32,000 bases of DNA, taken from NCBI RefSeq assembly GCF_001457595.1, contig NZ_LN831039.1:4320001-4352000 (forward strand). Reading direction: 5' to 3'. The notes under the pieces were generated by a model. It searched no databases and was not told the DNA's origin. It saw only the letters and a program-made list of their open reading frames with translations. This DNA comes from Mycolicibacterium smegmatis. Its GTDB lineage: Bacteria > Actinomycetota > Actinomycetes > Mycobacteriales > Mycobacteriaceae. A program made the position numbers and the translations under genes. Positions 10,141 through 20,151 of the stretch are shown piece by piece (position 1 is the stretch's first letter; every line of letters begins with the position of its first letter).

Positions 10141-11454
10141 ATGAGTAAGCGGCAGTCGCCCCGCGGGGCTGGTTTGGCACCAACCATCGCGTGGCGGGTT
10201 TTTCAGCTGCTGACGCTGGCCGGGGTGCTGTGGGTCGGATGGCGGTTGCTGGGCCGCGTGCCCTACCGCATCGACATCGACGTGTACCGCATGGGTGGCC
10301 GAGCCTGGCTCGACGGCAGGCCACTTTACGCCGACGGAGCGATCTTCCACACCCAGGGCGGCCTCGATCTGCCGTTCACCTATCCCCCGCTCGCCGCGAT
10401 CGCATTCGCTCCGTTCGCGTGGCTTTCGCTGCCGCTGGCGAGTTCGGCGATCACGGCGACGACGCTGGTGCTGCTGATCGTCGCCACCACGATCGTGCTG
10501 ACGCGCCTCGACGTGTGGCCGCACACCACTGTCACCTCGGAACCGGCCTGGATGCGCCGCGCCTGGCTGGCCGCGGCGATGGTCGCGCCCGCGGTGATCT
10601 ATCTCGAACCGATCCGGTCCAACTTCGAGTTCGGCCAGATCAACGTCGTGCTGATGACGCTGGTGATCGCCGACTGCGTGCCGCGGCGCACGCCGTGGCC
10701 ACGCGGCCTGCTGCTGGGACTGGCCATCGCGCTCAAGCTGACCCCCGCGGTGTTCCTGCTGTACTTCCTGCTGCGCCGCGACATCCACACGCTGCTGCGG
10801 ACCGCGGCAACGGCCGTCGTCGCATCCCTGGCGGGCTTCGCGCTGGCGTGGAGCGACTCGGTGGAGTACTGGACGGAGACCGTCCGCAACACCGACCGGA
10901 TCGGCACCGCCACGCTGAACACCAACCAGAACATCGCCGGTGCGCTGGCCCGGCTGGGACTCGGTGAGAGCCCACGGTTCATCCTGTGGGTGCTGGCATG
11001 CTTCGCGGTGCTCGCGCTGACGGTGTGGGCGGTCCGACGCGCCCTGCGCGGTGACACCGCCGATCAGACCACCGAGGCGCCCGTGCTCACGCTCGTGTGC
11101 GTCGCGTTGTTCGGCTTGGTGGTCTCACCGGTGTCGTGGTCGCACCACTGGGTGTGGATGCTGCCGGTTCTGGTGGTGACCGCGGTACTGGCCTACCGCC
11201 GCCGCAGCGTCTGGTTCGCGGCGCTCACCGCGGCGGGCCTCGCGCTGACGGTGTGGACGCCGATCACGCTGCTGCCCGAGCACCGCGAGACCACGGCGTC
11301 GTTGTGGCGTCAGCTGGCGGGCGGGTCCTACGTGTGGTGGGCGTTCGCGGTGATCGTGGTGATCGGGCTGGTGTCGTCGTCACGCACGCACACCGGTGAT
11401 GCTCACGAAACCGATGAGCCGCTCGTGCCGCTCGCACGCGGCGAGGCCGGCTGA
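10141..11454 (+). CDS. GT87/GT-C alpha(1->2) mannosyltransferase (Rv2181-like, LM/LAM branching)
   Basis: A polytopic membrane protein. The N-terminal motif [22 protein letters not shown]...[10 protein letters not shown] is typical of the DUF2029/GT87 family. Syntenic with Rv2181. An alternative GTG start lies at 10132. Confidence 0.88.
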   Translation: MSKRQSPRGAGLAPTIAWRVFQLLTLAGVLWVGWRLLGRVPYRIDIDVYRMGGRAWLDGRPLYADGAIFHTQGGLDLPFTYPPLAAIAFAPFAWLSLPLASSAITATTLVLLIVATTIVLTRLDVWPHTTVTSEPAWMRRAWLAAAMVAPAVIYLEPIRSNFEFGQINVVLMTLVIADCVPRRTPWPRGLLLGLAIALKLTPAVFLLYFLLRRDIHTLLRTAATAVVASLAGFALAWSDSVEYWTETVRNTDRIGTATLNTNQNIAGALARLGLGESPRFILWVLACFAVLALTVWAVRRALRGDTADQTTEAPVLTLVCVALFGLVVSPVSWSHHWVWMLPVLVVTAVLAYRRRSVWFAALTAAGLALTVWTPITLLPEHRETTASLWRQLAGGSYVWWAFAVIVVIGLVSSSRTHTGDAHETDEPLVPLARGEAG

Positions 11455-11460
11455 CCGGCC
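11445..11460. other. GC hairpin at a convergent gene junction
   Basis: GGCCGG-CTGA-CCGGCC is a perfect 6-bp stem that contains the stop codon of the mannosyltransferase gene. There is no U-tract, so terminator function is uncertain. Confidence 0.3.
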
Positions 11461-11470
11461 CGTTCAGGAA

Positions 11471-12196
11471 TCAGCCCGCGGCGGCCTCGGGCAGTCGCGA
11501 CGCCGGTTTGGCCGGCGCCGCGTCACCTGCCTTCTTCACGTCGGCGGCGTAGAGGTCGACGTACTCCTGCTCGGAGAGCCGCATGAGCTCGTACATGACC
11601 TCGTCGATGACGGCGCGTTCGATGAAGCGGTTACCCGCCAGGCCGTCGAAGCGCGAGAAGTCCATCGGCTTGCCGATGCGGACCTCGACGTGGCCGAACC
11701 GCAGGCCCTTGTGCCCGGGCGGGTTGACGACGTCGGTGCCGACCATCGCCACCGGGATCACCGGCACACCGGTCTGCAGCGCCAGGCGGGCCAGGCCCGT
11801 CTTGCCCTTGTAGAGCCTGCCGTCGGGCGAACGGGTGCCCTCGGGGTACATGCCGAGCAACTTGCCCTGATTGAGGATCCGCTCGGCGGTGTTCAGCGCG
11901 TCCTGCGCCGAATCGGCGTCGGTGCGGTCGATCGGCACCTGGCCGACGACCGTGTAGAACCACGCCAGGAAGCGGCCCTTGATCCCGGTGCCGGTGAAGT
12001 ACTCCTTCTTGGCCAGGAACGTGATGCGGCGGCTGACCACGAGCGGGAGGTAGAAACTGTCCATCACCGCGAGGTGGTTGCTGGCCAGGATCGCCGGGCC
12101 GTCGGCCGGGATGTTCTCCAGCCCAGTGACTTTCGGCCTACCGATGAGGGCCAGCAAGGGTCCCAACAGGACGAACTTGAAAATCCAGTACCACAT
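11471..12196 (-). CDS. 1-acyl-sn-glycerol-3-phosphate acyltransferase (PlsC family, Rv2182c-like)
   Basis: The HX4D acyltransferase motif (NHLAVMDS) and the PEGTRS motif are present. ATG 12196 (MWYWIFKF...) follows GGAGG by 5 nt and matches the Rv2182c N-terminus. The ORF-track GTG at 12208 is probably an extension. Confidence 0.9.
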   Translation of the reverse strand: MWYWIFKFVLLGPLLALIGRPKVTGLENIPADGPAILASNHLAVMDSFYLPLVVSRRITFLAKKEYFTGTGIKGRFLAWFYTVVGQVPIDRTDADSAQDALNTAERILNQGKLLGMYPEGTRSPDGRLYKGKTGLARLALQTGVPVIPVAMVGTDVVNPPGHKGLRFGHVEVRIGKPMDFSRFDGLAGNRFIERAVIDEVMYELMRLSEQEYVDLYAADVKKAGDAAPAKPASRLPEAAAG

Positions 12197-12302
12197 GGAC
12201 CCCTCCACCTAGATGCACCGGGCGGCGCTCTGCGACAACTTTACCCACGCGATGTTGGACCGACCACAGGACCGCTGTTGCTGCGATCCGCGTCCCGGCG
12301 GG

Positions 12303-12710
12303 TCATTCCTCGACCGTAACCGGGATGGGCTGGTAGCGGCCCGGCCCCGCACCCGGTCCGGATGTCGGCGGGGTTTCGTCGGGTCCGGGTCCCGGCCCGT
12401 CGTCGCCCGGTCCCGGGCCGGGACCGTCGGTGTCCCCTCCCGGACCCGTGTCGTCGAGCAGTGCGCGGATCACCGCGAGCAAAGCGACGCTGTGCTCGGC
12501 GATCACGCCCAGCAAAGGGTGCTCCTCGCCGTTTACGACGGCTGCCAGCGCACACACCGGACACCACACCTGCTGGCATCTGCCGGGACCCTGCGCCGCC
12601 GCGGCCGCGGCGCGCGCGGCGGCCATGCGCACGGCGGGGTCGAGCCGGTCGAGGATGGCCTGCGCGAGTTGACGAAGTTCCGGCCCGAGGTCGGGATGAG
12701 CCCCAGTCAT
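12303..12710 (-). CDS. Small conserved protein with a Cys cluster and a Gly/Pro-rich tail (Rv2183c-like)
   Basis: ATG 12710 overlaps the stop of the upstream ATPase gene (ATGA at 12707-12710). The product is MTGAHPDLGPELRQLAQAILDRL...GRCQQVWCPVCALAAV...GPGPGPGDDGPGPGPDE... Confidence 0.75.
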   Translation of the reverse strand: MTGAHPDLGPELRQLAQAILDRLDPAVRMAAARAAAAAAQGPGRCQQVWCPVCALAAVVNGEEHPLLGVIAEHSVALLAVIRALLDDTGPGGDTDGPGPGPGDDGPGPGPDETPPTSGPGAGPGRYQPIPVTVEE

Positions 12711-13984
12711 ACCGGCCACACCTCCGGATTCGGACGGAATCGCACCGTCAGCTGACTGCCCCGCAACGAGGCGTCCACGACGATGCACCGTCGCAGGACA
12801 GACGCCAACCGTACACGGCGCCGCATGGCGCCGACTCCGATGATCAAGTCGTCGTCGACCCGGCCCAGCGTCAGCGCGGCTGAATCGACCTGCGGCAACT
12901 CCAACCGCATCCGGTACACGGCTTCGAGTCCGGAACCGGATTCGCGGTCCACGATCGGCTTCAGCGGCCCTGGCGGGGGCGCGCCGTCGCGGCGCCGCGC
13001 TGCTTCGAGCAGCTCTGCGAGCGCCTTGGGCCCGATCGGCTCGCCCGCCAGGTGCGGCACCAGCACGAGCGACACGTCACCGATCGTGGCGTCGAGTTCG
13101 TCGAGCACGGCCTGCTGCTCGGAGATGCGCTCGGTGTACCAGTCGAATGCGGGATGCGCGGGCAAGTTGTGGTACTCGAACGAATCATCCTGAACCAAAA
13201 TCTGATTGACGAGCAGTTCGGCCACCTCGACACCCATGAGCGCGAGCGAGCCCAGTGTGCGGGCCGCCTCGGCCGCGACCACCCGCTCGGGGGTGAGCAC
13301 CAGGTGGGCGCTGACGCGCGAGCCGTCGGTGAGCAGCGAACCGACCCTGCGCAGGCCCGCGTCGATGCGCTCCATGAGCGCGACGATCGTCGCGGTGGCC
13401 GCGTCGACGGTGCCGGACAGGCGGCGGTGCCGGGGCCACGCGCGCTCCAGGTACAGACCGAACGTCTCGGGCAGGGTGAGCATGCGCAACGCGTCGGCGG
13501 TGGAGGCGCAGTCCACCACGACGTGATCCCACTGCCCCGACTCGGCGAGCTCGCCGACCTCGTAGAGACCCAGCACCTCCTGGATGCCCGGGAGAGCCGA
13601 GAGCTCTTCCGGTGCAACGCTTCCCAGATCGGATTCACCAAAACGTGCCGACAGCGTCTCGGCGACCTCCACCCACCGCGCCTCGAGCAGTGCGAGCGTG
13701 TCCAGGGCCAGGGCGTCGAGGAACCCGCCGGTCTCCGAACCGGTGTCCATGTCGGCGAGCACGCGCGTCGGCGCCCGCTCCCCCGTCGGCGCCAGCTCGA
13801 TGCCCAGTACGTCGCCCGTGGAATGCGCCTGGTCGGTCGACACGATGAGCACCCGCTGACCCGCCTGCGCGTCGCGCACCGCGGTGGCCGTCGCCAGCGT
13901 CGACTTACCGACACCGCCCTTGCCGACGAACAGGCTGATCCGGGCGGGTACCGACGGGCTCTCAGGCGGCGGGATCGGCGGCAC
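12707..13984 (-). CDS. ArsA/Get3-like P-loop ATPase (Rv2184c-like)
   Basis: A deviant Walker A motif (GKGGVGKST) is near the N-terminus, and the sequence has ArsA-family features (STDQAHS). The GTG start at 13984 directly abuts the stop of the upstream SRPBCC gene. Confidence 0.88.
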   Translation of the reverse strand: MPPIPPPESPSVPARISLFVGKGGVGKSTLATATAVRDAQAGQRVLIVSTDQAHSTGDVLGIELAPTGERAPTRVLADMDTGSETGGFLDALALDTLALLEARWVEVAETLSARFGESDLGSVAPEELSALPGIQEVLGLYEVGELAESGQWDHVVVDCASTADALRMLTLPETFGLYLERAWPRHRRLSGTVDAATATIVALMERIDAGLRRVGSLLTDGSRVSAHLVLTPERVVAAEAARTLGSLALMGVEVAELLVNQILVQDDSFEYHNLPAHPAFDWYTERISEQQAVLDELDATIGDVSLVLVPHLAGEPIGPKALAELLEAARRRDGAPPPGPLKPIVDRESGSGLEAVYRMRLELPQVDSAALTLGRVDDDLIIGVGAMRRRVRLASVLRRCIVVDASLRGSQLTVRFRPNPEVWPV

Positions 13985-14422
13985 TCACCGCACCTCGGCC
14001 CGCTTCTTGAGGTCCTTGAGCGCGGTGTCGGTGAGCCTGCGCTCGGCCTTGCGTTTGAGCAGTCCGATCATCGGGACGACCAGATCCACCGAGAGCTCAT
14101 AGGTCACCTCGGTGCCGGATCCCTTGGGCGACAGCCGATAAGCCCCGTTGAGCGAGCGCAACAGCGAACTCGACACCAGAGACCAGGTCACCGAGGTCCG
14201 ATCGGGCGGCCACACGTACTCCAGCACCATCGTGTCCTTGAGGACCGCGGCGTCGAGCACCAGCCGGGCCTTCTTGGGATTGCCGTTGACATCGACCTCG
14301 AGCACCTCGGTCTCCTTGTACTCGGCAACCCACTCCGGATACGAACCGATGTCGGCGATGACATCCATCACCGTCTTCGGATCGGCTTCGATGTAGATGG
14401 TCTGCGCAGTTTTGTCCGCCAC
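13985..14422 (-). CDS. SRPBCC-fold protein (TB16.3 / Rv2185c-like)
   Basis: (M)ADKTAQTIYIEADPKTVMDVIADIGSYPEWV... matches TB16.3. The second GTG (14422) sits 7 nt after GAAGGG and reproduces the MADKT N-terminus. The ORF-track start is 14428. Confidence 0.88.
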   Translation of the reverse strand: MADKTAQTIYIEADPKTVMDVIADIGSYPEWVAEYKETEVLEVDVNGNPKKARLVLDAAVLKDTMVLEYVWPPDRTSVTWSLVSSSLLRSLNGAYRLSPKGSGTEVTYELSVDLVVPMIGLLKRKAERRLTDTALKDLKKRAEVR

Positions 14423-14515
14423 CTGCACGCCCTTCTCCCCCGTTGCGCCGGAGGTACACGACCTGTCCTGGGCCCTACCGGGAAATCTACCCTCCCGTAA
14501 CGAACTCGACCCGTC

Positions 14516-14905
14516 TCAGGCCCGCGGCGACACTCCGACGGGCCTTCCGGCCTCCAGCCGCTGCTTGATCTCGAAGGACATCACCTTGCCCGCGACGCGG
14601 CGCCGGTGGTTCATCTTCGCCATATCCATACGTGCCAACGCCCTGGCGGTGACGGCCGACGGCTCGGCATGCAGGAAGTAGTGCAGGATCACGCCGTCGA
14701 GGACCTCCTCGAGCCAGATCTCCATGGTCCCGGTCAACGCGCCGGTCACGGTCCAGCGGTGCCCTTTTTCCGCGCGGTCCTCCACGACGGTCAGCCGCAG
14801 GTCCGGCCACCACCGGCGCCAACTCGCGGTGTCGGCCACCGCCGCGCCGACCGCGGCCGGATCGGCGGCGATGAAGGTCTCGTCGGCGATCTGAATGCTG
14901 TTCAT
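14516..14905 (-). CDS. SRPBCC-fold protein (Rv2186c-like)
   Basis: A 129-aa product from ATG 14905 (MNSIQIADETFIAADPAAVGAAVADTASWRRWWPDLRL...). The ORF-track start at 15196 runs antisense into fadD15 and is rejected. Confidence 0.8.
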   Translation of the reverse strand: MNSIQIADETFIAADPAAVGAAVADTASWRRWWPDLRLTVVEDRAEKGHRWTVTGALTGTMEIWLEEVLDGVILHYFLHAEPSAVTARALARMDMAKMNHRRRVAGKVMSFEIKQRLEAGRPVGVSPRA

Positions 14906-14996
14906 CGCGAATAGCTTCACACATGCGCCGCCATTGGCCCATAGCGGCCGACTAGGCTGACCGCAAAGCACCGAGCAAAAGCCTGGAGGGCAGACA

Positions 14997-16796
14997 GTGC
15001 GTGAGGACAGCATTCCCGCATCGTTCACCGTCGGCGAGTACGACAACGTGGCCGGCTGCGTATACGCCCACGAGACCGACGACCCGGACCACGTGATCCT
15101 GCGCCGCCTGGTGGACGGGACGTGGACCGATGTGACCTGCGCACAGGCCGCCGCCCAGATCCGTTCGGCGGCTTTGGGTTTGATCGCCGAAGGCATTCAG
15201 CCCGGCGACCGGGTGGCCATCCTGTCGGCCACCCGCTACGAGTGGCCGATCATCGACTTCGCGATCCTGTCCATCGGCGCGGTGACCGTCCCGATCTACG
15301 AGACCTCGGCCGCTGAGCAGGTGCGTTTCGTGCTCGAGAACTCCGAGTCGGTCCTCGTGTTCGCCGAGACCGATGCCCATGCCGACAAGGTCGAGCAACT
15401 CAGGGATCAGTTGCCCGCACTGCGCAAGGTGTTCCGCATCGACGGCTCCGGCACCCCGGCTCTCGACGCACTCGCCGAGGCGGGCAAGGACGTCGACCCG
15501 GCTGAACTGGACAAGCGCCTGGCCAACATCAAGTCGTCTGATCCGGCCACGCTGATCTACACCTCGGGCACCACCGGCCAGCCCAAGGGCTGCCAGCTCA
15601 CGCATTCGAACCTGCTTTACGAGATCCGCGGGCAGAAGGAGTGCTTCCCCGATCACCTGGCCAAGGGTGAGCGGATCCTGGTGTTCCTTCCGCTGGCGCA
15701 CGTGCTGGCCCGCGCCATCACGATCGGCGCGTTCGCCAACAAGGTCACGCTCGGCTTCACCAGCGACATCAAGAACCTGGTCCCGATGTTCGGGGTGTTC
15801 AAGCCGACGCTGGTGATCTCGGTCCCGCGCGTGTTCGAGAAGGTCTACAACACCGCCGAGCAGAATGCCCGCAACGACGGCAAGGGCAAGATCTTCGAGA
15901 TCGCCGCCGAGACCGCCATCGAGTTCAGCAAGGCCCAGGACAAGGGCGGCCCAGGCCTGCTGCTGCGCGTCAAGCACGCGGTGTTCGACAAGCTGGTCTA
16001 CGGCAAGCTGCGCGCCGCGCTGGGCGGCGAGTGCCACGCCGCGATCTCCGGCGGCGCGCCGCTGGGCGAACGGCTCGGCCACTTCTACCGCGGTGTCGGC
16101 CTGAGCATCTACGAGGGTTACGGGCTCACCGAGACCAGCGCCGCGATCACCGTGAACCGGCTCAACGACCTCAAGGTCGGATCGGTCGGAAGGCTCGTCC
16201 CCGGCAACAGCATGCGCATCGCCGACGACGGCGAGCTGCTGGTCAAGGGCGGCGTGGTGTTCAACGGCTACTGGAAGAACGAGGACGAGACCAAGGCCGT
16301 GATCGACGCCGACGGCTGGTTCCACACCGGTGACCTCGGCGCCATCGACGACAACGGGTTCCTCACCATCGTCGGCCGCAAGAAGGAGATCATCGTGACC
16401 GCGGGCGGCAAGAACGTCGCCCCCGCACTGCTCGAAGACCGGCTGCGCGCGCACCCGCTGATCAGCCAGGCCATGGCAGTCGGCGACAAACAGCCGTTCA
16501 TCGCCGCGCTCATCACGATCGACCCCGAGGCGTTCCCCGCCTGGAAGGAACGCAACGCCAAGAGCGCGAGCGCCACAGTGGCCGAATTGGCCGAGGACCC
16601 GGACCTGATCGCCGAGATCAACCTCGCGGTCAAGGAGGCCAATCAGGCCGTCTCCAACGCCGAGGCGATCCGCAAGTTCCGCATCCTGCCGGTCGACTTC
16701 ACCGAGGACACCGGAGAACTCACCCCGACGCTGAAGGTCAAGCGCAAGGTGGTGGCCGAGAAGTTCGCCACCGACATCGCGGCGCTCTACGCCTGA
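14997..16796 (+). CDS. fadD15: Long-chain fatty-acid--CoA ligase
   Basis: The AMP-binding signature [11 protein letters not shown] and the GYGLTE and TGD motifs are present. The GTG start follows GGAGGG by 8 nt. Syntenic with Rv2187. Confidence 0.93.
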   Translation: MREDSIPASFTVGEYDNVAGCVYAHETDDPDHVILRRLVDGTWTDVTCAQAAAQIRSAALGLIAEGIQPGDRVAILSATRYEWPIIDFAILSIGAVTVPIYETSAAEQVRFVLENSESVLVFAETDAHADKVEQLRDQLPALRKVFRIDGSGTPALDALAEAGKDVDPAELDKRLANIKSSDPATLIYTSGTTGQPKGCQLTHSNLLYEIRGQKECFPDHLAKGERILVFLPLAHVLARAITIGAFANKVTLGFTSDIKNLVPMFGVFKPTLVISVPRVFEKVYNTAEQNARNDGKGKIFEIAAETAIEFSKAQDKGGPGLLLRVKHAVFDKLVYGKLRAALGGECHAAISGGAPLGERLGHFYRGVGLSIYEGYGLTETSAAITVNRLNDLKVGSVGRLVPGNSMRIADDGELLVKGGVVFNGYWKNEDETKAVIDADGWFHTGDLGAIDDNGFLTIVGRKKEIIVTAGGKNVAPALLEDRLRAHPLISQAMAVGDKQPFIAALITIDPEAFPAWKERNAKSASATVAELAEDPDLIAEINLAVKEANQAVSNAEAIRKFRILPVDFTEDTGELTPTLKVKRKVVAEKFATDIAALYA

Positions 16797-17944
16797 CGCG
16801 CCTCGCGTCGGCCCGAGAGCAGTTCGGCGAGGCGGGCGCCCCGCGTCCGCCACTGCCAGTTGTCCAGCGCCCAGTGCCTGCCCGCGACGCCCATCGCGGC
16901 CGCGCGGCGCGGATCGGCGAGCAGATCGCCGACGGCCGTGGTGATCGCGTCGACATCGGTTCCGTCGACGACAGTTCCGGTCTTGCCGTCCAGCACGGTC
17001 TCGGGTGCGCCGCCGGACCGCCCCGCCACCACCGGCACGCCGCATGCCGAGGCCTCCAGGTAGACGATCCCGAGGCCCTCGACGTCCAGACCGGCGCCGC
17101 GCGTGCGGCACGGCATCGCGAACACGTCGGCCATCGCGTGGTGTGCGGGTAGCTCCTCGGCGGGGATTCCGCGCGTGAACACGACGTGCTCGGCCACGCC
17201 CAGGTCGGACGCCATGCGCTGCAACGTCTCCAGGTACGGTCCGCCGCCCACGATGGCCAGCGCGGTGTCGGGCACCCGCCTGCGCAGTTCGGGCAGCGCC
17301 CGGATCAGCATGTCTTGCCCCTTGCGCGGTACGAGCCGCGAAAGGCACACCACCACCGGCCGGTCCCCCAGGCCGTAGCGTTCGCGCATCCGCGCGCGGG
17401 CGTCCGGGTCGGGCGCGAACCGGTCGGTGTCGACGCCGGGCGGCAGGTGCTCCAGCGCCGCGGACGGGCCGAAGGCCGACGCGAAGCGGCTGCGCGTGTA
17501 GCGGCTGACGAACGTCACCACGTCGGCGTCGTTGCCGATTCGGCGCAGTGCGGTGCGCGCGACGGGCAGCATCGACCAGCCGACCTCGTGCCCGTGGGTG
17601 GACGCCACGATGCGTCTGGCCCCGGCCCGGCGGGCCAGCGGTCCCAGCAGCGCGAGCGGCGCCGCGGCACCGAACCACACGGTCTCGATGTCGTGCTCGC
17701 CGATGAGCCGCTTCATGCGGGATGCGACCGTCGGCTCGGGCAGCATGAGCGTCGTCGGATGGCGTACGACGCGGTAGCCGCTCCGGGCGGCCTTCTCGTC
17801 GTACTCTTCAGCACCCTTCCACTTGGGCGCGTACACCGTGAGCTCGTGGGTGCGGACCAGTTCGCCGACGAAAGCCTCCAGATACGACTGGATCCCGCCG
17901 CGTCGCGGTGGAAAGTCGTTGGTGACCAACAACACCCGGGTCAT
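16787..17944 (-). CDS. pimB: GT4 GDP-mannose-dependent alpha-mannosyltransferase PimB'
   Basis: The GT-B/GT4 C-terminal motif ([20 protein letters not shown]) and the N-terminus [19 protein letters not shown] are present. Syntenic with Rv2188c. The 3' end overlaps fadD15 by 10 nt (convergent). Confidence 0.92.
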   Translation of the reverse strand: MTRVLLVTNDFPPRRGGIQSYLEAFVGELVRTHELTVYAPKWKGAEEYDEKAARSGYRVVRHPTTLMLPEPTVASRMKRLIGEHDIETVWFGAAAPLALLGPLARRAGARRIVASTHGHEVGWSMLPVARTALRRIGNDADVVTFVSRYTRSRFASAFGPSAALEHLPPGVDTDRFAPDPDARARMRERYGLGDRPVVVCLSRLVPRKGQDMLIRALPELRRRVPDTALAIVGGGPYLETLQRMASDLGVAEHVVFTRGIPAEELPAHHAMADVFAMPCRTRGAGLDVEGLGIVYLEASACGVPVVAGRSGGAPETVLDGKTGTVVDGTDVDAITTAVGDLLADPRRAAAMGVAGRHWALDNWQWRTRGARLAELLSGRREARQA

Positions 17945-17975
17945 CGCACGGTCTCTTTACCCATCGGCGATCAGG

Positions 17976-18884
17976 CTAGCCGCTCATCCAGCGCCGCCAC
18001 CCGTCGACCACCGCGTCGAGTTCGGCGCCCAGACTGGTCCGCACCGCGGTCGCGATGTCCGGATGGTCGAAGCCGCAGGCCCGCACGTACAGGTCACGCA
18101 GTTTTGCGGGCCCGTACGCGTCGGCCACGTAGCGGGTGAACCACCAGGCCCGGTCGTACGCCGTCGAACGGGTCGAGCCGGGCGTGTCGAGATCGGCGTC
18201 GGTGGGCAGCCTCGCGAGCATCTGCGCAGCCTGTGGCCCCGGCCGCGGCGCGTCGGGCCGCGCCACGTAGTCGGCAACCCCCTCGGTGAGCCAGCGGGGC
18301 GCGTCGTACGCCGTGACCGACCGGGCCGCGTAGTGGAACAGTTCGTGTCGCAGGACGATCCGCAACGCGGCCGGGCTCATGGTCGCCGCGCCGGGGGCGA
18401 AGACGATGCGGTCGGCCGTGGTGATCGCGGCGATGTCGGCGCCCACACCGCCGAGCACGCGGAACTGCTCGGGCGTGCCTGCCACGGCGATGTCGATCTC
18501 CCGCGGCCAGTCCGGACCCCAGAACGCGGTCACGGCGTCGGCCGCGCCGAGTAGCTCGTCGCGGATGCGGTCGAGCAGCACGTCGGTCTGTGGTCCGCCG
18601 AGGGTCAACAGGCGTGCGGTACGGCCGTCGGGCAGCGTGAATGTCTGCACGGGCGCGGCGTCGGCCGGTGCACTCGTCGCGCTCACGGGCGGGTGGGGTT
18701 GCTGCCCGGCACTCGGCGGGTTCGACGCGGTGCCGAGCAGGGCGACCGCCAGGCCGAGTTCGACCAGCAGCACAAGCCCGAGGATCCGTGTCGGTATACG
18801 CCTCAGAAGCCGCGCGGGAAACGCATGCCGGCCACGGCCGGGATCACTGGGATCAGTAACGGCGGACGTTGTAGATGGGCGCAT
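17976..18884 (-). CDS. Membrane-anchored Peptidase_MA-like protein with HExxH motif (Rv2189c-like)
   Basis: It has an N-terminal TM helix, then HELFH followed about 20 aa later by EGVADY, the pattern of MA-clan zinc peptidase-like domains. The ATG at 18884 lies 32 nt inside the ripC 3' end, so the start is uncertain. Confidence 0.72.
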   Translation of the reverse strand: MRPSTTSAVTDPSDPGRGRHAFPARLLRRIPTRILGLVLLVELGLAVALLGTASNPPSAGQQPHPPVSATSAPADAAPVQTFTLPDGRTARLLTLGGPQTDVLLDRIRDELLGAADAVTAFWGPDWPREIDIAVAGTPEQFRVLGGVGADIAAITTADRIVFAPGAATMSPAALRIVLRHELFHYAARSVTAYDAPRWLTEGVADYVARPDAPRPGPQAAQMLARLPTDADLDTPGSTRSTAYDRAWWFTRYVADAYGPAKLRDLYVRACGFDHPDIATAVRTSLGAELDAVVDGWRRWMSG

Positions 18885-19998
18885 TGTTGACCGGGGCGAC
18901 CCGAACCGGGGAGCCGTAGGTCGACGCGTGCACCATCATTCCGTCTCCGATGTAGATACCGACGTGCGATGCGTCCGAGTAATAGGTCACCAGGTCGCCC
19001 GGCTGGATGTTGTCCATCGAGACGGGCTGGCCTCCGCGTGCCAGCGCCTGGCTGGAGTGCGGCAGCGAGATGCCCGCTTGCTGGAACGACCACATCACCA
19101 GACCCGAGCAGTCGAAGGCGTTGGGGCCGGAGCCACCCCACGAGTACGGCGAGCCGATGCGGCTGAGCGCCGCCTGGATCACCGTGTTGGACACCGGGCT
19201 CGGTCCGCCCGGGATCGCCGCGTCCGGCGGAGCGATGTCGCCCGGCGGGATGCCCTCGGGCGGAGCTGCGATCACGCCGGGATCGTTGGCCGGTGGCAAC
19301 GCATCCGGGCCGGGCGCCGGCGGCGCGGCGGGAGGCGGCGGCGCGGTCGCGAGCGCCTCGCGCTGCTGTGGTGTGAGCGCCTCGTACTGCGACTTGACGA
19401 TGGCGATCTGCACCTGCAGCTGACTTTGCTTGGATTGCAGTTCGGCGCGCACTGCGGCAGCCTGCTCGGCCGCGGTCTTGGCTTCGGCGGCCGATTTTGC
19501 CGATGCCTGCTCTGCTGCGGCGGCCTTTTCGCCCACCGAGCGGAAGTTCTGCATCTGCGTGGCCATCTCGGTGGCCATCACCCGCTGCACCGCGAGCTGG
19601 TCGATCAGCTGCTGCGGGGAGTCGGCCGTGAGGATCGCGTCGACGCCGGAGGTGCGACCACCCATGTACTGCGCTGCAGCAACACGGTTCACCGAAGCCT
19701 GGAACGTTGCCAGCTGCGCGCGCGCCTGCTCGGCGGCTGCCGCGTCTTCGGAGTGCTTCTTCTCGGCCGCCTGCTGCGCTGCCAGCTTGTTGTCCAGGTC
19801 GAGCTGCGCCGAGTGCATGGCCTCGGTGGTCTGCTCAGCCTGCCGGGACAGCTCGTTGAGCTTTGCCAGCGCGTCGTCGGCGGGGTCGGCCTGCACACTT
19901 CCCGCGAGAAGACCAGCGCCTAACGCCAGACTCGCTATCGCACCTGCTATGGGTCGCTTGAAACGACTTGTGGGCCGATGCGCGCGAGCGTGCCTCAA
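18853..19998 (-). CDS. ripC: NlpC/P60 peptidoglycan endopeptidase with coiled-coil N-domain, RipC-like
   Basis: The domain order is signal peptide, Ala/Gln-rich coiled coil, Pro-rich linker and a C-terminal NlpC/P60 domain (FDCSGLVMWSF...SHVGIYIGDG). It is collinear with Rv2190c. The start is TTG with GAGGA 8 nt upstream. Confidence 0.92.
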   Translation of the reverse strand: MRHARAHRPTSRFKRPIAGAIASLALGAGLLAGSVQADPADDALAKLNELSRQAEQTTEAMHSAQLDLDNKLAAQQAAEKKHSEDAAAAEQARAQLATFQASVNRVAAAQYMGGRTSGVDAILTADSPQQLIDQLAVQRVMATEMATQMQNFRSVGEKAAAAEQASAKSAAEAKTAAEQAAAVRAELQSKQSQLQVQIAIVKSQYEALTPQQREALATAPPPPAAPPAPGPDALPPANDPGVIAAPPEGIPPGDIAPPDAAIPGGPSPVSNTVIQAALSRIGSPYSWGGSGPNAFDCSGLVMWSFQQAGISLPHSSQALARGGQPVSMDNIQPGDLVTYYSDASHVGIYIGDGMMVHASTYGSPVRVAPVNNAPIYNVRRY

Positions 19999-20151
19999 GT
20001 TTTCGTCCTCACAACTGGTGTCAGCGAGCCGCTTCGAAGCTGCTATTTGGTCTCGGATAGGTTACGAAACGGCATCGGGGTTGTCCAACAGGAGATGCAA
20101 ATTTAACAGGGGCTCCTGGAATTTTCCTGTGGCAGAACGGTTGCGTGTCGT

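Noticed and set aside
19999-20151. A possible cyclic-di-AMP (ydaO-type) riboswitch upstream of the NlpC/P60 gene ripC, as found upstream of cell-wall hydrolase genes in many Actinobacteria.
   Set aside because: I read the minus-strand leader by eye and found none of the conserved ydaO core strings as I recall them: GGGGA..CCA, GGGGUGAAUC, CCGA.CCG..AGCUAACCUCG. A covariance-model scan would settle this, but I cannot support the call.
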